This document shows, piece by piece, positions 57,726-64,000 of a stretch of DNA of 64,000 nt. The stretch comes from an uncultured bacterium (GTDB lineage: Bacteria > Patescibacteriota > Minisyncoccia > Moranbacterales > UBA2206), in the NCBI GenBank assembly GCA_903937035.1, contig CAIZXS010000001.1:3247-67246 (forward strand), read 5' to 3'. The position numbers and the translations under genes were made by a program. Position 1 is the first letter of the stretch. Each line of letters begins with the position of its first letter. Under the pieces are notes generated by a model. That model searched no databases. It saw only the letters and a list, made by a program, of their open reading frames with translations, and was not told the DNA's origin.

Positions 57726-58679
57726 TCACGTCTCCTTCTTAACCAAAAGAGTGAAAGCTTCGTTCAAGTAGGCCTCACTTATACCTCTTCCATCATCTAA
57801 ATCGCTATGATAAACACTCATAAGACTATCCAGATTTGCTGTAACAATCTCTGTTTTTTTGGCTATTTTATGCAAGTTTTTTACCGGGAAAGCCAAAATT
57901 GCTATGCTTGGATCAGTTATCACAACCGCGTGGTCATTTCCCACGCAGTCAATAACAACGATTTTTTTGGCACCATCAATTAGTTTTTGGTATTTCTGTT
58001 CAAAAGCGCGAAAGCCACTCCCCCAATAAACCGGCTTATCATAGGACAACTCTTCAGCTCCTGAGAAAATAAACAAATTATTTTTTAATGTTTCTGGTTT
58101 TTCTAAAATCACCTTCATCATTACCGCCACACCAGAAGCGTTATCAATGGCACCTTTTTTAATGCTATCGTAGTGAGCAAAAAATATTGCCCTAGGATTT
58201 TTCACATTTCCCACAAGAATATTAGCTGATTGATGAGCAACTTTTTCAACCTGAACATTGCCAGCAATTTTTTTCGCCTCAACTATTTTGGCAATATCTT
58301 TGTAATTAACGCAAATAGCTGGAGTAAAGTAATAGTTCTTCAGCGATATTCCCTCACACCTGGGGTTGAAGTTGATGTTGGAAATTTCCTGACAAATCGA
58401 AGAAGAAAGCAAGGAACTGAGCACAACGTCATTGCTTTTAATTTCTCCACTCAAAAAAGAACAACCTTCGCATTTAACCTTTTTGCCGTCCGCTAACAGA
58501 GAGACTTCTTGTGTTAAAGGAATTGCCACTTGAAATTTCTGCAATAAAAAGGGAATGGAATTTTCTTTTAACACAGAAACTAAAAAATCACGCGCTTTCA
58601 ACTCTCCTTCCAATTGTCTGGGAGCAAAAGAAACTAATTTAGCAATAAACTTTTGGTAATTTAATTTTTTAGTATTCAT
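57726..58679 (-). CDS. M28 family zinc peptidase
   Basis: M28 metal-ligand blocks HYDS, DNASGVAVMM and GAEE, and a downstream His region. Confidence 0.65.
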   Translation of the reverse strand: MNTKKLNYQKFIAKLVSFAPRQLEGELKARDFLVSVLKENSIPFLLQKFQVAIPLTQEVSLLADGKKVKCEGCSFLSGEIKSNDVVLSSLLSSSICQEISNINFNPRCEGISLKNYYFTPAICVNYKDIAKIVEAKKIAGNVQVEKVAHQSANILVGNVKNPRAIFFAHYDSIKKGAIDNASGVAVMMKVILEKPETLKNNLFIFSGAEELSYDKPVYWGSGFRAFEQKYQKLIDGAKKIVVIDCVGNDHAVVITDPSIAILAFPVKNLHKIAKKTEIVTANLDSLMSVYHSDLDDGRGISEAYLNEAFTLLVKKET

Positions 58680-58762
58680 AATTATATATATAAAATTTAA
58701 CTACTGTCATGGGAAAAGGGTTGTGCTGATATTAGCTTAGCACAACCCTTTTTTTAAAGCAT

Positions 58763-59728
58763 TCACGACTGAGCGATTAGCTCTTTTTCGTAATGATTCA
58801 TCAGCCCGAAGAAACATCCATCAATGGTGGCTTGAGACGGAGCAGAGAGAGATTTGAAAAAACCATTTCCACCCAAAGCTTTACGAGGAATCTCGTTTAA
58901 CTTTGAGCAAAACCCATCAACTTCCACTTTGAGCGGAGTATCAAGTATAAGTGGCAAAAAGCCACAGATATCCTTTATTTTTTGATTACTCTCCCTAAAC
59001 CATTCAACTACTTCCGGGTCTTCATCCACAGTCGAAGCAAGTCCACGATAGCCGCTGACAAAAAGAAGTAAGTAAAAAAAATAATACCACGCCGCTGGTG
59101 GCCGAGGATCATTAGCTTCTGAATAGCCATAATAAGAAGACATTTTCTCCCGCCTACCTTGACGCACAAAGACCGAGTGGGGTAAATTTTTAGAAGAACT
59201 TAAGAGTAATTCCTGAAAAAAACTACTTAATTCCAGTTTTTGAGGAGGATTTGGAATGGCCATTTCCATCAGTTCCCAGTGAACTTCAGGAAGCTTCCTT
59301 CCACACTTCGTGCCTAAATCAGAAAAAATAATATTCTGAAGAGCACCCTCCTGGGAAATTCTCTCAAATTGAACAGAAATCCCATTTCTTCCGTGAAACA
59401 TCCGTGGCGAATTAACTAAGGATTTTTTGTACGGATTTTCTGCTGCCTGCTGAGGAAAAGAATCTCTGGTCAGTGACATATAGACCGGCTCCAATCCCCA
59501 TGCTTTAGCTGATAGATATGTGGCCAAATGCTCGACATTTGGTGTTGGTATTTGACGCACCAAGCAAATCTGAAACCCGTCCATCTGTTCAGGAAAATAC
59601 TTGTCCGCAATCACAAAAAAATCTTTAATTCCGAACTCTTTCGCGCAAAATGCGTTAATAGAGCTTCGAATTTCCACCTGAGCGCATCTTCTTGTTGCAG
59701 CTTCTCTCTCAACTTGATCACGTTTCAT
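58763..59728 (-). CDS. hypothetical protein (unknown family)
   Basis: 321-aa ORF with a central hydrophobic stretch AWYYFFYLLLFVSGY; no family recognised. Confidence 0.45.
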   Translation of the reverse strand: MKRDQVEREAATRRCAQVEIRSSINAFCAKEFGIKDFFVIADKYFPEQMDGFQICLVRQIPTPNVEHLATYLSAKAWGLEPVYMSLTRDSFPQQAAENPYKKSLVNSPRMFHGRNGISVQFERISQEGALQNIIFSDLGTKCGRKLPEVHWELMEMAIPNPPQKLELSSFFQELLLSSSKNLPHSVFVRQGRREKMSSYYGYSEANDPRPPAAWYYFFYLLLFVSGYRGLASTVDEDPEVVEWFRESNQKIKDICGFLPLILDTPLKVEVDGFCSKLNEIPRKALGGNGFFKSLSAPSQATIDGCFFGLMNHYEKELIAQS

Positions 59729-59825
59729 TTTAAATCCCCCCTTTATCCCTATCTACTGATTGACTTGAATCAAATGACTCAAGCTGTTATTATATTTTCT
59801 ACTTCTTCATATTCTTTCAAGGAAC

Positions 59826-59862
59826 TAAAAAACCGGCTCTTTCGAGACCGGTCTTGGTTTAG
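59826..59862 (-). terminator. rho-independent terminator downstream of the cimA-like gene
   Basis: Stem ACCGGCTC/GAGACCGGT (1-nt bulge) with loop TTTC; on the minus strand it is followed by TTTTTT. Confidence 0.5.
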
Positions 59863-60029
59863 TGAAAATGTTTTTTTTCTTACCCCCTACACATTTCCCT
59901 TAAACCAAAACCGGCCTTGACAATAATCAAGACGCAAATCAACATCAAAGTGATATTCTTTTCAATTGTTTTGGTTATATTTCTAAACATAGTAATAACT
60001 TAGCAAATGAGCGGATTTTTGTCAAGTTT

Positions 60030-61604
60030 TTATTTTTTCGCTTTATACAGCTTATAATTCACACTATCTGTGAGCGCCTGCCAACTGGCTTCAATAACGT
60101 CATAGGACACACCCATGGTGTGCCAGCGTCCCGCTTCGCCATTGGCTGATTCAATAAGCACTCGCACGCGTGCCACTGTCCCCGCTCGACCAGGCAGCAC
60201 CCGCACCTTATAGTCCAGCAGTTTCATCTCTTTCAAAACAGGATAATATTTTTCCAATGCTTTTCGCAGAGCCTTGTCTAGCGCATTAACCGGGCCATCG
60301 CCCGAAGCAAAAGCTTCTTCCAATTTGTCACCTACTTTGATTTTCACTGTCGCTTCCACTTGTGGATTTTCTTCCCCGGCTTTTCGCTCATCAATCACTC
60401 GCCGACTGATCAGTTCAAAAAATTTAGTTTTTTTGCCCAATGCCTCGGCCAGTATTAGTTCGAAACTCGCTTCGGCGCTTTCAAATTGAAACCCGACATT
60501 TTCTAATTCTTTCATTTCTTTGAGCGCACTCGCCACAACTGGATTTTTAGGATCGAGCTCGATTCCCAGTTCTTTGGCCTTCATCACCACAGATGCTCTT
60601 CCGGCTAAATCAGAAACTAAAATTCTTCTTTTATTTCCCACAAACTCAGGTTTGATGTGCTCATATGTATGCGGATTTTTAGCCACTGCGCTAGCATGCA
60701 CGCCACCTTTATGCGCAAAAGCACTCCGTCCGATGTAGGCTTGAAAATGATTAGACGGTAGATTAGCCAGTTCCATGAAATAGCGACTAAGCACTTGCAA
60801 CTGGGCCAAATTTTCTTTTGGCACACATTCAATTCCTAATTTTAGCTGTAAAGTTGGGATAACCGAACAAAGATTAGCATTGCCGCAGCGCTCGCCGACA
60901 CCGTTCAGTGTCCCCTGGATATGCGATGCTCCCGCAAGCACCGCCGCAATAGTATTAGCAATCGCCAGCTCACTATCATTGTGCGTGTGAATTCCCAATT
61001 GACTCTCGGGAAATTGCTTTTTGACTTCTGTCACAATGCGCGTCACTTCACCCGGCAACGATCCACCGTTTGTATCACAAAGCACGAGACAATCTGCTCC
61101 ACCATCCCTCGCCACGCGAAGAGTAGAAAGTGCATACTCAGCATTATTTTTATACCCATCAAAAAAATGTTCCGCGTCATAGAAAACCGCTTCAATCTTT
61201 TTTTTCAAAAATTCCACGCTGCCTTTGATGATTTCCAAATTACGCTCGGGAGAAATTTTGAGCACATCCTCCAAGTGCACCGTCCAACTTTTACCAAAAA
61301 TAGTCACCACGGTCACGCCAGAGCTGATTAGCTCTCGCAGATTATCATCCATCTCGGGAGTATTTTTCGCCAAATGCGTTGAGCCAAATGCAGTGAGCTT
61401 AGCATTTTTCAGTTTTTGCGTTTTCATGACTTCAAAAAATTCCCGGTCTTTCGGATTTGATCCTGGCCAACCGCCTTCAATATAATACACACCAAACTCA
61501 TCCAGTTTTTTGGCAATTCGCACCTTGTCAGCCACAGAAAGGCTCATTCCCTCACCTTGCGTACCGTCTCGAAGTGTTGTGTCGTAGATTTCAACTTTTT
61601 GCAT
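60030..61604 (-). CDS. cimA: citramalate synthase / 2-isopropylmalate synthase family
   Basis: N-terminal DTTLRDGTQ, HTHND (GIHTHNDSELAIAN) and C-terminal LeuA-dimer-type regulatory domain; 524 aa. Confidence 0.85.
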   Translation of the reverse strand: MQKVEIYDTTLRDGTQGEGMSLSVADKVRIAKKLDEFGVYYIEGGWPGSNPKDREFFEVMKTQKLKNAKLTAFGSTHLAKNTPEMDDNLRELISSGVTVVTIFGKSWTVHLEDVLKISPERNLEIIKGSVEFLKKKIEAVFYDAEHFFDGYKNNAEYALSTLRVARDGGADCLVLCDTNGGSLPGEVTRIVTEVKKQFPESQLGIHTHNDSELAIANTIAAVLAGASHIQGTLNGVGERCGNANLCSVIPTLQLKLGIECVPKENLAQLQVLSRYFMELANLPSNHFQAYIGRSAFAHKGGVHASAVAKNPHTYEHIKPEFVGNKRRILVSDLAGRASVVMKAKELGIELDPKNPVVASALKEMKELENVGFQFESAEASFELILAEALGKKTKFFELISRRVIDERKAGEENPQVEATVKIKVGDKLEEAFASGDGPVNALDKALRKALEKYYPVLKEMKLLDYKVRVLPGRAGTVARVRVLIESANGEAGRWHTMGVSYDVIEASWQALTDSVNYKLYKAKK

Positions 61605-61868
61605 AAATTTGTCAGTGTCATTCCCGCGAAGGCGGGAATCCAGGTTCCACTAGTTTTAAATTTTAGAAAATCGAATTATAAATCCTCTGAATTCTTATCA
61701 CCAACCAATAAATTCTGTTTTTCTATTTCTTAGGCCTGAGGTGCCTGGATCCCCGCCGGAGTTTATACTCGTGAAACGGGTGCGGGGATGACACAAAAAA
61801 TAATAACTTCTCGAACAAACAAAAAACCCGGTTCTGCCGGATTATGCTTTGCTACTATTTTCTTATCT

Positions 61869-61952
61869 TTTATGCACAAACCAGCGTGAAAAATTTTCGT
61901 CTAATGATGACGATGCTAATAAATCCAATAATTTTTTTCACTATTTTTTGCA
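61869..61952 (-). CDS. candidate Ile/Val-rich leader peptide (27 aa) upstream of cimA
   Basis: ATG-initiated minus-strand ORF encoding MQKIVKKIIGFISIVIIRRKFFTLVCA (7 Ile, 3 Val). It is followed by a GC hairpin (CCGG-CAGAA-CCGG) and then TTTTTTGTTTGTT on the coding strand. No obvious SD. Confidence 0.3.
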
Positions 61953-62019
61953 TAGAGCTAGTTTACCGTGAGATAAATAAAGTGTCAAATTGATTTTAAT
62001 TTAGTTGCAGATATATATA

Positions 62020-62054
62020 AAATAAAAGAGGGGCAAATCATTATATTTGCCCCT
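62020..62054 (-). terminator. rho-independent terminator after the small membrane protein gene
   Basis: Stem GAGGGGCAAAT/ATTTGCCCCTC with loop CATTAT; on the minus strand it is followed by CTTTTATTTT. Confidence 0.7.
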
Positions 62055-62063
62055 CCTAACCAT

Positions 62064-62273
62064 TTAAGACATCCACCCTTTCCATTTAAATATCCAGTAG
62101 GCAAGCGTACTAACTGCCCCGCCAGAAAATAGTGCAATAATGATAAATACTGGCGTTGTTGCTGGCTCCTTAATCACCCCCTTCACCTCGTAGACACCCC
62201 AGCAAACAACAAGAAAAATGACCCAAAGAAAAATCCGGCAAATCATCTCAATATCATGCGCCTGCATCTGCAT
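62064..62273 (-). CDS. small two-TM membrane protein
   Basis: 69-aa ORF with two hydrophobic helices and its own terminator. Confidence 0.4.
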   Translation of the reverse strand: MQMQAHDIEMICRIFLWVIFLVVCWGVYEVKGVIKEPATTPVFIIIALFSGGAVSTLAYWIFKWKGWMS

Positions 62274-62300
62274 CCCACACCTCCACTATGAATGATTAAT

Positions 62301-62332
62301 TTACAATGATACTAGTTTTAGTATCATTGTAA
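62301..62332. repeat. perfect 14-bp palindrome TTACAATGATACTA-GTTT-TAGTATCATTGTAA
   Basis: Exact reverse-complement arms. Located between the MFS gene 3' end and the small membrane protein gene start, with no T-run on either side. Confidence 0.55.
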
Positions 62333-62405
62333 GTTAGCAAAAAATAATTCGAATGTCAATAAATAGAAAAAAGCGTTCTGATAGATTTCAGAACGCTTTT
62401 TGGAA

Positions 62406-63590
62406 CTATTCTCCGTTTTTGAGATTATAAAAAACCACAACCCCAACCGCAAGAAGAATTCCAGATGTAAGCCAGTTTGCTGGAATACCGGCTTTTTCTG
62501 CCAAGTAGCCACTGCCGAAAAGACCAATGCACGCACCCGCCTTCCCCATCATTGAATCAAAAGACAAAATTGTCGCTCTCTTTTCCGACGGGATGCGATG
62601 ATTGAGGTAGCTTTGTTTCAAAGGTCCCACCATTCCACGTCCCATTTCATGGAAAAGAAACAAACTAACCGTAGGAACAACTCCAAACATCATCGCTGCC
62701 CCAAGCATTCCAATCACTGTCACAATTTGCGAAAGCACAATTGCATTTTTTTCCTGATGGATTCTCCCTGCGAAATATTTCGATAATACTCCGCCCAGCA
62801 TTGTAAATAGTGAAACTGCCACAAACAACCAACCAAGCTGAGAAGTTGAAAATCCATACGTTTTTTGGAACACAAATGGCCATTGCATATTCATCCCTTG
62901 GACCGACATCGCCAAAAACATTCCAAACAGTGTCACAAACCAGACCGATTTTTTCTTGAAACCAAAACTAACACTATCCCTGATAACTTTTTTGAAAGGC
63001 GCGAAAGTAAACCGGAAAGGTGCATGTTTTTTCTCTTTTTCGGTAATCGCAAAAAAAGCAAATATCCCTGCAACAAAAGTACCAATTGAGCTAGCCAGCC
63101 ATGGTAGAGCCAAATCAAATTGACCCAAGTATCCACCAGCTAAGCTACCAACAATTATTCCAATTTGTGAGGCATAGACTTCTCGGCGAAAAACAGTTGC
63201 AATCTCTCCGTCATAACCATGACCTGCCAACGCGTCTACAACCCAAGCCTCCAGCGCACCAGAGAGAAAAGTCAATCCCAGTGCACCAATAAGCTCAGCT
63301 GCCACGAAAGCCCAAAAGCTGTTGCCCAAAAAATACATCAGCATCGAAAACGAAGATAGCAAACATCCGACAACAACTGATTTTTTGCGTCCAAAAGTAT
63401 CAGCGAACGCTCCGGTGGGCACCTCCAAAAGAAATACCCCGACCATAAAAAACATATTGACGATATTTATCTCCAAAAGATTTAGTCCACGTGAAGCCAG
63501 AAATAATGCATAGGTTGCGAAGAAGAAGGAATGAGCCAAACTAAAAAGAAATGAAAATACAATGTAGGCCCTGATGGTTTTTTTTGACAT
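62406..63590 (-). CDS. MFS transporter
   Basis: 12-TM MFS topology with a D-R/K loop motif (GAFADTFGRKKS). The start at 63590 (MSKKTI) has the SD GAGGAG upstream, so the longer track ORF is probably over-extended. Confidence 0.8.
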   Translation of the reverse strand: MSKKTIRAYIVFSFLFSLAHSFFFATYALFLASRGLNLLEINIVNMFFMVGVFLLEVPTGAFADTFGRKKSVVVGCLLSSFSMLMYFLGNSFWAFVAAELIGALGLTFLSGALEAWVVDALAGHGYDGEIATVFRREVYASQIGIIVGSLAGGYLGQFDLALPWLASSIGTFVAGIFAFFAITEKEKKHAPFRFTFAPFKKVIRDSVSFGFKKKSVWFVTLFGMFLAMSVQGMNMQWPFVFQKTYGFSTSQLGWLFVAVSLFTMLGGVLSKYFAGRIHQEKNAIVLSQIVTVIGMLGAAMMFGVVPTVSLFLFHEMGRGMVGPLKQSYLNHRIPSEKRATILSFDSMMGKAGACIGLFGSGYLAEKAGIPANWLTSGILLAVGVVVFYNLKNGE

Positions 63591-64000
63591 AATGTTATTC
63601 TCCTCTAAGTTATTGTTAATGATCACCTCAAGCATAAAAACAAAAAACTCGGCTTTTACGTTTGAGCCGAGGAGGTCTTTTATCAATTTTGTGTGAACTA
63701 CTTCTAGAAAGCGTCTATCCGATACGCATACTGGCTCACAAAAACCGCCTGGGCTCGCAAATCATCATACATTGCGACAATGGCAAAATGGGGAGAATTA
63801 TTCCCACAGGTCTTTGCCATATTCAGTTGGTTTTCGTAATTTATATACATATATTTAACTTCGCCTATTTTTAACACGGATGAGGTTTTTTGTCAAATTC
63901 GAAGACCCATTATTTCTCAGAAGCCAGTCTATCTTTCTTATACACATCCGCCTTATACGCCAACGGAAGGAGTTCTCGTGAATCAGTCTTGACCACAAGA

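Noticed and set aside
5165-61800. Apparent shared GTCAT[CT]C...G[AG]ATGAC flanks among the hairpins at 5165-5306, 61616-61639 and 61748-61796, suggesting a REP-like repeat family.
   Set aside because: On closer reading, the stem sequences and flanks differ among the three; only short chance-level motifs are shared, so they are reported individually.
63687-64000. Possible partial minus-strand gene at the right window edge (stop near 63908), and the 63662..63874 plus ORF.
   Set aside because: Too short or incomplete to assign; the plus-strand ORF overlaps the MFS promoter region and is low-complexity.
1-64000. CRISPR arrays, rRNA genes, integrases or other phage structural genes.
   Set aside because: No regularly spaced direct repeats, no rRNA-like conserved blocks, and no integrase or capsid or terminase-like ORFs were seen; the only mobile DNA is the IS481-like element.

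Overview
AT-rich (roughly 35-40% GC by eye) bacterial chromosomal segment, read in the standard genetic code and densely packed with genes on both strands. Gene content suggests a small-genome, possibly CPR/Patescibacteria-like organism: many orphan membrane or secreted proteins, a giant LamG/Listeria-Bacteroides-repeat surface protein, Mur ligases with hydrophobic N-termini, an RRM protein and hemerythrin. Recognisable blocks are: (1) a minus-strand cell-wall cluster at 186-7512 (lgt, a truncated MurF-like paralogue, class I/II aminotransferase, ddl, murF, alpha/beta hydrolase); (2) secreted or lipoprotein genes plus a CxxC membrane protein with a thioredoxin-like lipoprotein (7607-10412); (3) RRM protein, Ham1/RdgB, ribosomal protein L25, an M23 peptidase and tRNA-Asn(GTT), followed by an island of orphan membrane proteins that each carry their own terminator (15424-20355); (4) rsgA, purF, purB and rpiB; (5) a complete NAD salvage regulon with nadV (NAMPT), nadM-Nudix and the divergent regulator nrtR, with candidate operator palindromes; (6) hemerythrin, a PL7 polysaccharide lyase, a GH73-like hydrolase, csp and a PilB/GspE ATPase; (7) an in-frame adenosine kinase-S-adenosylhomocysteine hydrolase fusion (812 aa), a 1362-aa surface protein with a perfect 225-bp tandem duplication, an MtaD-like deaminase and a GH18 protein; (8) an IS481-like element whose transposase carries an in-frame TAA, inserted at the 5' edge of a response regulator/histidine kinase pair; (9) a TPR membrane protein, ABC-F, metallophosphoesterase, tsaC, typA and a HisC-like aminotransferase; (10) a cluster of two unknowns flanking an M28 peptidase; (11) cimA/leuA-family synthase preceded by a candidate Ile-rich leader peptide with attenuator-like hairpins; (12) an MFS transporter. 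No rRNA or CRISPR was found. Several structured non-coding elements (long inverted repeats, perfect palindromes) and one unannotated small ORF with a complete promoter, SD and terminator are reported. Most overlapping or antisense ORFs in the supplied track are judged to be shadow ORFs.
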